Source of the DNA: Okamejei kenojei
Taxonomy: Eukaryota
Reading direction: 5' to 3'
NCBI GenBank assembly: GCA_035221665.1
Contig: CM069133.1
Location: 78,430,001 to 78,494,000 of the forward strand
DNA length: 64,000 nt
The translations under genes were made by a program, and so were the position numbers. Positions 24,909 through 37,803 of this stretch are shown here, in pieces (position 1 is the first letter of the stretch; each line of letters begins with the position of its first letter). The notes beneath the pieces are model-generated. The model worked only from the letters and a program-made list of their open reading frames with translations. It had not been told where the DNA came from and ran no database searches.

Positions 24909-26336
24909 GGTTAGTTCCCGTTGCTCTGTCGGGTTGAACCTGAGGCCTGTTTGCTGTTGCATATGGATGCTGCCTATGGTACGCCAATGGTCTGCTTGAG
25001 GAAGGCGGTTTAATCAATCCGACCACTTTGGCTCCCTCATCCAGGTCTTTTACCTGTTTACGCAGGTCATCACCAAACAATTGTCTTGGAGGCGGTGTAA
25101 CATTGGCCTCGCACAAACCCTCAAACTTGGGGTTTTATGTAGGACGGATAGAGCTCTTCTGAAAGCAGTTTATTTCGTACTGTGTGGTGCATAGCAGAGC
25201 TAATGCATCCTGCTGCTCTTCCCTCATATCTGTACCATCTATTGACCTGGCAAATGCAGTGATGCCTGAGGTCAGTAATTTCAGGATCTTTTGGATTTTT
25301 AACTCCTGAGCCCTGATCCCAGGGCTGATGTTACCCCAAATGGGTGTATTGACAGTAGGGACATTCAGCGACACGCAATTCTCCGGAGCCATGTATTTGC
25401 TGGTTGTCTCCGAGATTACCTATTCTTGTAGCTGGTGGGTCGTCAGGTAATTGATGCTTGCCGCTAGCCTCGGTTGAAGAGGCTGCCCTTTCTGGGATGG
25501 TTGGGCGAACTTCGATACCATTCCCAGAAGTTCCTCTTCTGGCATCTCTTGCAACAATGGATCTTCCACCAACCCCTCTTCGAAGACAGCTAGTGTCTGT
25601 TGAGGAGGGAGAGAATTTGGACAGCGCTGTCATGGGCCCTGCCGTGGATCTCCGGGATTCTATGGAAGCACTCTCCTGATGGAGTAGGTCTCTTTAGAGC
25701 AGCTGCTCAACCATGCGCTCCATTCGAGCTATGCGACCACCGCCGCTATCTGCGGACGGCAAGTCGTCTTCCCCAAGTTCTGATGAACAAATGGGGCCTC
25801 TACCGACAGTCCGCACCTCGTCGAGGTGATGTCTATGGGACTGAGGTAGGTAGTCGGTGCCAGCCGCTCCTACGGGGCTACACGACTCCCGCGCGGATTT
25901 GCTGCTTGTCCGCAGTCTTCCGGACTGAAGCGGTGGAGAGCTGGTGCCAGCCGCTCCAGCGGGGCTACGCGACTTTGGTGCGGTTTTCCCACCGGTCCGC
26001 CCTCTAGCGAACTGTAACTGTGGAGTGTCGGGGTGTGCCGTTGAGACAGGCCCTGTTTTACGCACCTTTTTACCGCCGGCCTGGTTCTGTTCGGGCTGAA
26101 GCGGTAGGGAGTCGGGGTCTTGTCTACCCTGCTCCCGCGTGGTCCTCATACCAGTATGCAGCTCCCTGGACTGCTGTGGTGGAGAGTCGGGTCCTGCCGA
26201 CTGAGCGGGGCTCCCCGACCTCCGCGCTTTTTTCCCGGCCCGTGTTGCGGGTGCTGCCGCTTCTGCGGTGAGCTCAGGGGATGTCGGCCGCTGACTATGT
26301 CCATAGTCCCGCAGTCTTTTTTGTCCTCCTTTCCAT
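24909..26336 (-). pseudogene. DIRS gag-like ORF1, frameshifted
   Basis: Position upstream of RT; fragments PENC.SL.VP.VN..IW, LFGDDL and an R/P/S-rich N-terminus; ATG in strong Kozak context at 26336. Confidence 0.6.
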
Positions 26337-29300
26337 AGTTTCTCTGGAATGCAAACAAATACAGAAAACTAACCAGCTCAAGGTTAGTGAAAACTTACCT
26401 GAGGGCCTTTTTTGAAGCTGCCGGCAGAGGAGCGCACTCCACCCCCCCCCCCCCCCCCCCAGCTGTCGACTGCAAATGCAAGCGACGAGATGTCACGCAT
26501 CACGTGACTCCGAAGTAAAATAGGCCCATTGGAGGTGGGGGAGCTGTTGAAAACAAGCAGGAGAATTGTAAACTTGAAGCTTTCCTTAACCAGATAACAG
26601 ATTGAGTATTATTAAAGCAATGAGAACCAAACTCATGCACGGAATGGCAGCATTTGAAGAGTTTAGTCTTATTCTTGCGAGTCTTCAATTTTTGTGAGAT
26701 GTTCTTAAGACAATGACAAATATTAGTGTTTGTGCATTGTTTGCTCCTTTCTCTCATTACAGTCTATTATCTCTCTATTTGATTGTTGTTCGTTCCAATA
26801 TAATTCACCCTCATTTTGTCTTGCATTTGTCTGTTTCTTGTTTCTTTGTACTAATTGGTTAATAAAATAATCTGTGGGTCCCACTGTTTACTTAAGTCCC
26901 TGATATCCTATTATCTCATTATACTGTTATAAGTTTGTACTTGCATCAAACCATTGTGTGAATTTAATTTCAACCTGAATTTTGCTGGAAAGATCCAAGG
27001 ATACATACTTTGTAGTGCTCTATTCTAGCAAGATCAAGCCCTCTTTGATACGCACATTTTCTGTCGTTTTTCGAACTCAGTCCAGGTAACATCCAACTGT
27101 CACCACACATGGGTCGAATCAATCAGATGCTGTAGCCCTCAGCAGCTGGGAAATCCCTTAAACCCTTTGTTGATTCTGATTCACCAGTAAACAAAATAAC
27201 AACAAGTCGAGTTTCTTCCAGTGACCCAAGTATCATTTTTTTACAGTGCAGATTTAAGCAGGTGAATAGCCATTCAGATATCGGCTGCAGTCTCACTATC
27301 ATCAATTGACTGTAACTTCTAGGTATCAGACATAACCAACAATCTTTATACAGAGAAAAACATGGCATTAATTAAATTTCATTGCCGATGGCCCTGTTTT
27401 GTTATTCATTGCATGTCGTTCATTGTTTATTTTTGTCATTTGGATAATTCCAAGTCAATAAAATTGATTGCACAGAATTTTCACATTTACTTAATAACAA
27501 AGATATTTAAAACCATTTCAAAATTAAATTATTGAAAATGGAAAATTTAACTGCTGCTCATATAATTTACTTTACCAGCATTACTGTGTTTTTATTATTT
27601 CATCTCAAAAAGATTCTCATAGTAAAATCTGATAACCTTTTCATGCAGATTGTTGCACTGATTTTTTTTCCACATTGTATATTTTCATAAATGTCTTTCA
27701 TAATAAGCATGTTTGTCACTTCTGTTGGAATATAATTGCCTGTCAATGTGGCAATCATAATGGGCTATTGTTAGAAAATAATCTTGGAAAAAGCTTATTA
27801 TGTGTTCTTACATTTGAATAACACAACGTATTGCTGCTGTGTAATTTCTGTGAAATTCTAAATGTAGCACAAAAGAAAGTTGGTGCATCTTTTTTAACAT
27901 CGTCTGCAACTGAGAGTTGAACGTCATCCTGCAAACATGTCCTACTTACCCACTTTTCGATTTGCGAGAGGTGTGACAATGAGCCAGCGGACTCTGGGAC
28001 AACATTTTAAACTTGTATTGAGACTGGCAGCTTCCTATTGAATGGAGACACAAGAGACCGCAGATGCTGGAAACTAGAGCAACAAATAATCTGCTGAATG
28101 AACACAGAGGGTCTGGCTGCTGCTTGACGAAGGTGAAAGGGGCAAAGTGCAAAGGAGATATACAGGGCAAGTGTTTTATTCAGAGAGTGGTAGTTGCCTA
28201 GAACATGCTACCGAGAGTGGTGGTGGAAGCAGATATGATGAGGGCATACAAGAGGCTTTTGGATAGGCTCAAGGATATGCAGGGACTTAAGGGATATGGA
28301 TCGTGTGCAGGCAGAGATTCATTTAACTTGGCATCATGTTTGGCCAGTCTGATTGGCCGATGGTCCTGTACCTCAGTTCTATGATCTATGTTGAACCTCT
28401 GAGTTGTCTATCGCTCCAACTTCTAATTTAACTTGCTTTCACATTGGCCTACTGGATTCCTCAGATTTCATGAAAGGCAGGCAGCTGAGGAAAAGTCTCT
28501 TCAAGTGGAAGGCAATTATAAATTGCATCGAGCAAGTGGTTTATAATTGGGGATGGGGAAAATAATGCTCTAGCCCCTGCAGTCTGTGCGCACTCCCTGT
28601 CAGATGTCCTCCTGTGGTCAAGAATCTCTCCTCCACTGCACATGTGACCACATAAGTGTGAGCTTCCAATCAGTCTGAACCCAGGTGGGAATCCATGCAC
28701 CTGGTGTATTGAAAGCACTTAGAAGAAAGGCGGGATTTTATGTTTCCCATCTGAACCTGGCTACCATCCCAGCAACAACACCATCCAGAACGACCATATA
28801 ACCTCTCGAGCATTCCTTATTTGAATGCATACAATGTGCTGGAGTAACTTAGCAGGTCAGGCAGCATCTCTGCAATATGTGGATAGGTTCTGGAGAACAT
28901 GGACAGGTGATGTTTTGGGTCGGGACCATTCATCAGGCAACTGAATGTCACCTATCCATGTTTTCCAGAGATACTACCAGGTCCTCTGAAACACTCCAGC
29001 AGGTTGTGTCCTTTTTTTTCAGTAAGCTGGCATCTGCAGTTGTTTATATGCACCATTTTAATGATTGCCCTGTTAAACAGTTAAATGCTGGAGTAATATA
29101 GCGGGTCTGGCAAAATCTCTGCAGAAAATTAATTTATTTTTCGGGTTGCTACCCTTCTTCTGAATTATATGGAGGGTGGGGAGGGAACCTCGAAGAGATA
29201 CAGGGGGTGGACAAAACATGGCAAGTGAGTGGTGGATAAAGGTGAGGGGGATTTTTGATTGGCAGATGGTTAGACAAATGACGGAGGTGAAAAAAAAGTG

Positions 29301-30769
29301 TGAGGTAAGTATAGGAGGTATGAATTGTAAAGCCAGAGGAAGGAAAACAGGTTAAGGGGCTGTGGGGAGCCTCTCTCCCCCTCTCTCCCCCAAGCTTGGG
29401 CAGGCAGGACTCGTGTAGATGGGCATGTTGTTCGGCATTGGCAAGTTGGGCTGAAAGGCTTGTTTCCATGCCGTATGACTATGATTTTATTTTGTAAACA
29501 ACGACTGCCTATACCATGAAATACATTGAAATATGTGGTTATGTATATTTCCTCGAGAGTTAACCATTAATTTTATGGGTTTTGTTTAAACGTCACTAAC
29601 TTTTAATTGTTTAATGCCAGCATTATAACTGCACTCAAAATTGGTTGTGATTTATGAACCAATTTTTTCCATCTTCTCTTTTCCATGATTAATTTGGACA
29701 TCTAGAAAGTTATTCAATTTACTGTTTGTTTGTGCAGGGAGCATTTCATCATTCTGTAATCTTCTTCATGATCCAAATTATAATTCAATAGAAGGAGGTG
29801 TTAACTCCGAATGTATACACGACTCCTCTATAATAGAATCTGAACATTACTGATTATGTGATTTTTAAATACCCTGTCTGTGCAAGCTAAATTGACATTC
29901 TCAAAAATGCCATGTGATTTTTGCAGATTTATCTTAAAATCTTGTCTGAAGCCAGATTGACTGTTTCCTTACAAAAGCACAAATATCATCACAATGATTT
30001 TGTTCCAAGTAGCTCACCTTCTTGGCTTGAATACATATCAATGCCCCATAATCGCATAATTTCAAAACTCATGAAATCCTCATCCAGCCTGTTGAGAGTA
30101 TTGACAAGGTTGTGGCTCATCAAGGGGAAATTTGGTTCAGGCAATAACTGCCGACTTTGCCAGAGACATTCAAAGGGACATACAACATGGAAACAGGGCC
30201 TTCAGCCCAGCTCATCCATACCAACCAAAATGCCCCATCTTAACAAGTCCCATTTGCCCACATTTGGCCTTTATCTTTCCTATTCCTAAACCTTTCCTAT
30301 TCATCTCCCTATCCATGTGTCTGTTGCTCTATCTGCCTTAACTCCCTCCTCTGGTAGTTCATTCCATCTACCTGCAACCGCTCAGGTTCATATTAAATCT
30401 TGCCTCACTCACCTTAAACCTTGTTTTTGATTCCCCTACCTTGGGCAAAAGATTTCCCAAGACACAGAATTAAAAGGAATTCTACATGAGTAATGCTCAA
30501 GCAGCCGTAAGTACCAGAGGAAAAAGTTGTTATTCACAATCATCGTCTTGTCAAAATCTAGTAAAATCTTTTCATTGATAAATCCAGTAGATGTCAGTGA
30601 TAATAAACATATAATACCATGTTATATTTGCAGTACAGAAGCAGGAATATGAGCACAGAAGATTCATTGTTGATGTTTGTACTCCGTGTACACATTCCCC
30701 TACCTTTTGAACTTCATGATCACAGCCAACTGTGACTCTTGTCAGCAGTCATGCGGTACGTTGAAGTCG

Positions 30770-31975
30770 AGTCAAGTTGGGTTTCTTGTCATATACTCAA
30801 GTACAGTGAGGTACAGGTACAATGGAAAATCTTGTTTGCAGTAGCATCACTGTCACTAAGACTCAGACAAACACACAAAAACATTTATGCATGAATAATA
30901 CATAAGTTGCATATAAAATGTTCTAAAAGAAAGATTGTGCAACAAAAATAAGACATTAGTATAAAAGCACATTTAGAAAAATAAGTCCATGGTAGTGCAA
31001 TGGGGAGGCTGTAGTGTTTCTTATCGAGGTAGGTTGAGAGTTGTGCTGATTGGTTCAAGAACCTGCTAGTTGTAGGAAAGTAGATTTTATTGAACCTGGC
31101 AGTGGGACTTCAGGCTTCTATACTACCTACCTAACGGTAGCAGAGATAAGGATAAGGGGGATGTCTTTTAGGACCGAGATGAGAAAATCGTTTTTCACAC
31201 AGAGAGTGGCGAATCTGTGGAATTCTCTGCCACAGAAGGTAGTTGAGGCCAGTTCGTTGGCCATATTTAAGAGGGAGTTGGATGTGGCCCTTGTGGCTGA
31301 AGGGATCAGGGGTATGGAGAGAAGGCAGGTACAGGATACTGAGTTGGATGATCAGTCCATGATCATATTGAATGGCGGTACAGGCTTGAAGGGCCGAATG
31401 GCCTGCTCCTGCACCTAATTTCTATGTTTCTATGTTTCTATAAGAATGCATGGCCCAGATGGTAGAGATCCTCGATGATAGATGTCACCTTCTTGAGGTA
31501 TCAATTTATGTAGGTGTTTATGATGGAGGGGGAGGGCTGTGGCCAACATAGACCTGACTGAGTCTACCGCACTCTGCGGCCTCCTGTGTTCCTGTGTATT
31601 AGAATGGCCATACCAGGTCATGATGCAACCAGCCAGGATACTTTCTACAGTGCATCTGTAGAAGATTGTGAGACATGCCAAACCTCTTTAAACTTATTAG
31701 AGGAGCTGACACACCTTCCTCGTGGTTACATATATGTGCTGGGGACAGGACAGGCCATACAAGATGTTAACTTCCAGGAAATTAAAGCTGCTAACTCGCT
31801 CCTCCACTGACCCATGAATAAAAACTGGCACGTGGTTCCCCAACTTCCCCTAGCTGAAGTCAACGATTAGTTCCTTGGTCGTTGACGTTGTTTGAGAAGT
31901 TGTTGTTCTGGCACCACTCAACCAGGTGTTCTATCTCTCTCATGCAAACTCCAAATATTTGCATTGGTGAATTGG
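30770..31975 (-). mobile_element. Rex1/Babar-like LINE 3' fragment, split by a CR1 insertion
   Basis: ORF 31430-31681 FYRCTVESILAGCI..WYG matches the 62539-63090 ORF. Confidence 0.75.
31151..31439 (+). mobile_element. young CR1 3' fragment with ATAAG target duplication
   Basis: Nearly identical to the 3' part of 43252-43627; ATAAG at 31146-31150 and 31440-31444. Confidence 0.88.
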
Positions 31976-32480
31976 GTCAGGATGACCCCGACTCTATCTA
32001 ATCCACAAAAGATAGAGACAAAATGCTGGAGAAACTCAGCATGACAGGCAGCATCTCATGAGAAGGAATGGGTCCGAAGAAGGTTCTCAAACCGAAACGT
32101 CACCCCATTCCTTCTCATCAGAGATGCTGCCTGTCCCGCTGAGTTACTCCAGCATTTTGTATCTGTTAATCTTCAGTGTAAACCAGCATCTGCATTTAAC
32201 TTCCTACACATTTTATCTAATCCACAGCTTTCTGGGTTTACCCATCATGGTGTCCCCACTTTAGTTATTGTTCTGAGCTTACATATGCATTGAATACATT
32301 TAACTTTGTGTATGTGAACATTCTGTAGGCATCATATTGAGTGGGGTTACTGCAGACATGATCACATGTACATCTGGTAATGTATCTATAGATGCCATTT
32401 TTTTTCTATTAACATATATTTTCCCATATTTTATTTACATAAAATAGATAAAATCAAATGTTGTAGATATATATAAAAAT

Positions 32481-32607
32481 CTGAAGATGGGTCTCGACCC
32501 GAAACGTCAAGAGTCTGAAGAAGGGTCTCGACCCGAAACGTCGCCTATCTCCTTCACTCCTTAGATGCTGCTGCACCCGCTGAGTTTCTCCAGCTTTTTG
32601 TGTACCC
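32481..32607 (+). mobile_element. short Penelope-derived insertion with two tandem minimal hammerheads
   Basis: CTGAAGA..GGGTCTCGACCC GAAACGTC at 32481-32508 and 32515-32542; 11-bp TSD TATATAAAAAT (32470-32480, 32608-32618). Confidence 0.85.
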
Positions 32608-33447
32608 TATATAAAAATAATCCTTGTGAAGAATTTCCATTTTCATCAAATTATTTTCCATTTCACATAAAATTAAGTGAAATGTCACACATTAGTAAGG
32701 AGCTGCGAAATTAAAAAATAATCATTTGGGGAAACACCCTAATTTCATGGCTGGTTGAAATTTCCATGGATCTCACACTTTTCAAAAAGTGTATATTTTT
32801 AAAACTGTTTCCATTTTCACTGTGATAAAATTATCTTCCTATGCTGCCTCTGCAACAGTCAAGAGCAGCAGGAGAAGGAAAGGATATGCATTTATAGCGT
32901 CTGAGAGATACAACACAGTAATAGGTCCTTCGGCCTACTGAGTGTGCAGTAACCATCAAGCACCTACTTTTACATAAATCCGATTTTATCAATTTTATTC
33001 ACCCCGCGCTCCCATCAACTCATCTCCTCATCTTAGATTCTATTACTCACCTCTACACACTAAGGCTAATTTTCTGTAGCCAATTAACTGGCCATCATAG
33101 GTACATGGGGAAAGCCAGCGTACCCGAAGGAAACCAATGTAGTCACAGGGAGAACATGCAAACTCCACACACAGACAGGAGCAGTGAGCTGTGAAGCTGT
33201 TGCTTCATTTGCTAGCCACTGTGCTACATTTACAGAGTATTTTCCCTGATTGTGGGACTCTACTAAATGCTTTGCAACCAACAGTTACCTTTGTTTTGCT
33301 ACATAATGCACAAAAGAAAGAGGCAGTGTGGATGCAACAAGATCCCACAAAGAACGTTGAGATGAATGATCAGGCAAACTGGTTCATTGATTTTGATTCA
33401 GGAATAGAAAGTGATAAAGAGACATGGAGAACTTCCCTGTTGTTTAG

Positions 33448-34446
33448 AAACATAGAAAACATAGAAAAATAGGTGAAGGAGTAGGCCATTCGGCCCTTTG
33501 AGCCAACACCACCATTCAATATGATCATGTAAAATCAGTACCCCGTTCCTGCTTTTTCCCCCATATCCCTTGATTCCTTTAGCCCTAAGAGCTAAATCTT
33601 AAGGGCCTGTCTCACTTACGTGTCCTTGGCACGCAGATTACGTGCCCTCGTGGTCGCGTTGAGACGCGATGGTCCTGCAAAGGTCGAGCGTGATTACATG
33701 CGTACGCACAGCCGTCTGGAGCACGTGACGTCATTTGAAGATGGACACAAAGCTGGAGTAACTCAGCGGGACTGGCAGCATCTCTGGAGAGAAGCAATGG
33801 GTGACGTTTCGTGTCGAGACTCTTCTTCATTCGGAAAAGAAGGGTCTGGACCCGAAATGTCACCGATTGCTTCTCTCCAGAGATGTTGCTCGTCCCGCTG
33901 AGTTACTCTTGCATTTTGTGTCTATCTTCAATTTTCTTGGCCCCGCTCTGGGAGCAGAAGTGGGGGGCGGATCCGGACAGCAACGGCCATGAGCCCCAGG
34001 CCAGGTTCGGCGATCGTTTCCGTGCTTCTGCTGCTGTTGAAGGTGAGACGTTGCGTCGTGCCAGGGTCTTGGGCCTGTCCCACTTTGGCTGTCAGTTCCG
34101 CAACAGGCCGTTGGCACGCGAAGATTTTGTTCACTACAAAAATTATGGAGCCCCACACAATGTCTCGCATAACTACATACTCCTCCGCGCTTCTAAGTGG
34201 GACCGACCCTGCGCGGCCATACGATGCCCGTATGCCTCAATGCATCCACGAGGTCGCGTAATTTGCGTGCCAAGGACACGTAAGTGGGACAGGCCCTTAA
34301 CAGTCCCTTGAAAACATACAGTGAATTGGCCTCCACTGCCTTTGGCAGAGAATTCCACAGACTCACAGCTCTCTGGGTGAAAATATTTTTCCTCATCTCA
34401 GTCCTAAATGGCCTACCCCTTACTCTCAAACGGTGACTCCTGGTTC
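33448..34446 (-). mobile_element. CR1 3' fragment (host of the MITE) with TGTTTAG target duplication
   Basis: CR1 tail at 33448, ORF piece FTQRAVSLWNSLP at the right; TGTTTAG at 33441-33447 and 34447-34453. Confidence 0.85.
33602..34297. mobile_element. PIF/Harbinger-type MITE containing an inverted Penelope-derived insert (~33733-33931)
   Basis: ~50-bp TIRs AGGGCCTGTCTCACTTACGTGTCCTTGGCACGCA / TGCGTGCCAAGGACACGTAAGTGGGACAGGCCCT; TTA/TAA flanks. Confidence 0.85.
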
Positions 34447-34611
34447 TGTTTAGCAAAGACATTGGGATACAGTTTTTATTAATAATCCATAAATTCATAA
34501 ATCAGTTTAAATTCCATTTGGAATATTTTGGTGGACCAAGAAACCAAGAACCAAGATAAGGCTTGTTGTCCATCCCTACTTAGGAAGGTAGTGGTGAATC
34601 AGCATTTGAAC

Positions 34612-34888
34612 TTTAGTTTAGAGATACAGCATGGAAACAGGCCATTCGACCCACCTGACTCCATACTGACCAGCGATCATTCATGCACTGGTTCTATCCT
34701 ACGCATACAGAAGCCAATTAACCTACAAACCGGCATGCCTTTTGGAATGTGGGAGGAAACAGGAGCACCTGGAGAAAACTCTCGTAGTCACAGGAGAATA
34801 TGAAAACTCCATATTGCTGGCATCCTTAGTCATGATTGAACCCGGTTTCTCTGGCGCTGGAAGGCAGTAACTGTACCACTGTGCCACC
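34612..34888 (-). mobile_element. tRNA-derived SINE (HE1-like)
   Basis: Same core and tail as the 13056 copy, more diverged. Confidence 0.75.
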
Positions 34889-35985
34889 CATTTTTTACAG
34901 ACACTCACTTGTTAGAATGATTCAATTTAAGCTAAAAGCAGAAATTACCACAATTACTTTGCAGGTCAGGCACCATCTGTGGAGTGAAAAATGTGAGCTG
35001 ATGTTACAGTGGACAATTAACTGACCGACCTGCAGTCAAAAACGTTGCATCAGAACTGCATAATTCGAATTTAAAAAATTGAATTGGTTCTTATCTGAAG
35101 TTGTTGAATTCGATGCTGAGTTTAGGGCTCTGGCATGCCATGAGGGAAGAGAGATGCTGTGCCTTGAGTTTATAGTGAGCTTTATTGAAGCAGTGAAAGC
35201 AGCCATTGACATGGATGTTAAATTAGGGGTGAGAGTGGGATGGAGAATTCAAGTGAAAAGAATTGGAAGTTTCCGGTCGTTCTTACTGATTGAATGGGTG
35301 TATCCTTCAATATGGTCACTCAATCTACATTTGGCTTCACCATGGAGAAGACCACATTATTAGAGCACTCAAGTTAAAGTCTCATCTGACAGTGAAAAGC
35401 ATTTCATAGCTGAGTAGCTGTAAGTGTAGTATTATCCTGAGGTTTCTGGAGCAGGGTTCAGCCTGTGGTGCCCCGTTTCAGCAATGAGAGCGTAATGACT
35501 GTTTCTGTTCATAAGTTCGTAAGTTCATAAGTCAGAGGAGTGGAATGAGGCCATCGAGTCTGCTCCACCATTCAATCATGGCTGACCTATCTTTCCCTCT
35601 CAACCCCTACTCCTGGCTGTGCTGATCTGTGCTCAAGTTGTTATCATCCTCTCTGAGGTAAATCACATGGTTTTAGTTGGTTAAAATTAAAAGTTATTCT
35701 GCTGGTAATTCAGTAGTTTTCTTGCGTACACTCTGCAGTTGCAATGCCTTGGAAACTAACACCTGTAACTATGCTCAGTAAACTTCAATACACAAGGTTT
35801 TGTTAGAACAGAGCGAGTTTCTTTTCTGTATCAGTTAGAAATGTGTTGTTGTAAATTATTATCAGCTTTGTTGCGTGGGCAGTTAAGTATGGATAGGTTA
35901 TTATCTGTTTGATGCCTGATTAAAAAAATGTTGACAGAAAAATCACTGAGATTCCAATACACATTCCTTCCAATGTTCAACCTTT

Positions 35986-36227
35986 AGTGTTAAAGAAGGA
36001 ACTGCAGATGCTGGAGAATCGAGGGTACACAAAAGGCTGGAGAAACTCAGTGGGTGCAGCAGCATCTAAGGAGCGAAGGAGATAGGCGACGTTTTGGGTC
36101 GAGACCCTTCTTTAGACTGAAGCTGTAAGTGTCAGACTGAAGAAGGGTCTCGACCCGAAACGTCGCCTATCTCCTTCGCTCCTTAGATGCTGCTGCACCC
36201 GCTGAGTTTCTCCAGCCTTTTGTGTAC
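35986..36227. mobile_element. fold-back Penelope-derived hammerhead insertion
   Basis: Two inverted copies; intact core at 36137-36164; 16-bp TSD CCAATGTTCAACCTTT (35970-35985, 36228-36243). Confidence 0.88.
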
Positions 36228-36470
36228 CCAATGTTCAACCTTTTTTGTTTTAGACTTTGCTTCAGTTTTTAATCAAAAAAACATTTCTCACTTGGGAGAA
36301 ATCATTTCCTTACAGTGGGAGAAACTGAATTGGATGTTTACATATTTCATGCATTAATCCCATTCCAGGCTCTCTGCTCCACGTCAATCATTCCAATTTG
36401 TCATTCCACCCCTCCCTGTATTTCCTACCATCTCACATTCTTCCACTTACCCTGCCTCTCACTGTTACAG

Positions 36471-36479
36471 ATGTGCACT
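36471..36479 (+). other. candidate 9-nt frame-preserving microexon (ATGTGCACT)
   Basis: ~100-nt AG-free pyrimidine/YCAY-rich tract, TGC near the acceptor, TTACAG acceptor, GTAAGT donor. Confidence 0.45.
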
Positions 36480-37803
36480 GTAAGTGACTTAAGGTTAACT
36501 CTTTTTTCCACATGTATTGTTTTTGTTGTGGTCCGGTTAACACAAGATGAAATAAGAAAATTACCAGATAATAATATTTTCTCAACTAATCAAAGATCAT
36601 AAATATTAAATGTTCTGTTTTACAGTCTTAAATACTTCCTGGATACAATTTCTCAAAACAGTGGAGGCTGGCAGGAGATATATTAGACATTGCTATAATT
36701 ATGAGAGGCTTAGTTAGGGTAGAAAGTCAGAACATTTTTCCTGGGGTGGAAATGTTAAATACTAGACACCATAACTTTAAAGTGAATGTTTAAAGGAGAT
36801 GTGCAGGGCACGCTTTTTTATACATCAAAAGCAGTAGGGGCCTTGAATGCACTACACTACCAGGAAGGTCATAAAGTCATACATCGTGGAAATTGGTCCT
36901 TTGGCCCAACTTGCCCACATCCGACCATCTTGTCCCATCTATGTTAATCTCACCTGCCTGCGTTTGCCCCATATCACTCTAAACCTATCCTATCCATGTC
37001 CCTGTCTAAAGTTTCTTAAATGTTGTGATAGTACCTGCTTCAACTACCTCCTCTGGCAGCTCGTTCCTTATACCCATCACCCTTTGTATCAAAAAGTGAC
37101 CCCCTCGGGTACCTATTTAATTTTTCTCCTCTCACCTTAGGCCTATGTCCTCTGGTTCTCGATTCCCCTACTCTGGTCAAGAGACTCTGTGTTCACCCAA
37201 TCTACTGAGTTGGCAGCAGCAGATATGATAGTTGTGTTTATGAAGCTTTTAGACGGGCATGTGAATATGGAGGGAATGAAGGCATGTGAATCACTTGCAG
37301 GCAGAAGGGATTAGTTTAATTTAGTATCATGTTCAACACGGGCATTGTGAGCTGAAGGTCCTGTGCCTGTACTGTATTGCTCTATGTTGCATATTGAAAG
37401 AAGATGGAAGATAAATTTATATTACATTTATCTATCATATGTAAAATTGCATTCCATTTTTAAAAAAAGCATGCCCTGTACAACTCCTTTAAACATTCAC
37501 TTTATAGTTATGGTCTCTAGAACTTGACATTTCCACCCCAGGAAAAAAAGTTATGACTTTCTACCCTAACAAAGCCTCTCAGAATTTTAGTAACTTCTAA
37601 AAGATCTTATGCCATCCTCTACTGTTTTGAGAACTTGTATCCAGGAAGTATTGAAAACAGTAAAACAGAACATTTAATATTTATGATCTTTGATTAGTTG
37701 AGAAAATATTATTATCTGGTAATTTTCTTATTTCATCTTGTGTTAACCTGACCTCAACAAAACCAAAACATGTGGAAATAAAAGTTAACCTTAACTCACT
37801 TAC

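Larger units (their letters stand above)
21984..26523 (-). mobile_element. DIRS1-type tyrosine-recombinase retrotransposon (internally deleted)
   Basis: gag-like, RT, RNase H/MT and YR ORFs in DIRS order; the internal complementary region at 22211-22304 is complementary to both termini; the 9-mer GTAAAATAG occurs at both boundaries. Confidence 0.95.
35693..36820 (+). repeat. left arm of a ~1 kb inverted duplication
   Basis: Colinear reverse complement of 37461-38424 throughout (e.g. GTTATTCTGCTGGTAATTCAGTAG / CTACTGAATTACCAGCAGAATAAC). Confidence 0.95.

Noticed and set aside
27949-28035. Minus-strand exon ending in G|GTAAGT
   Set aside because: The putative acceptor abuts a repeat remnant and no frame resembles a known protein; insufficient support.
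33599-34300. TTAA-flanked piggyBac or Kolobok element
   Set aside because: The sister copy at 177-387 shows TAA|AGGGC...GCCCT|TAA, and the host CR1 has TAA at the site, which favours a 3-bp TWA Harbinger TSD.
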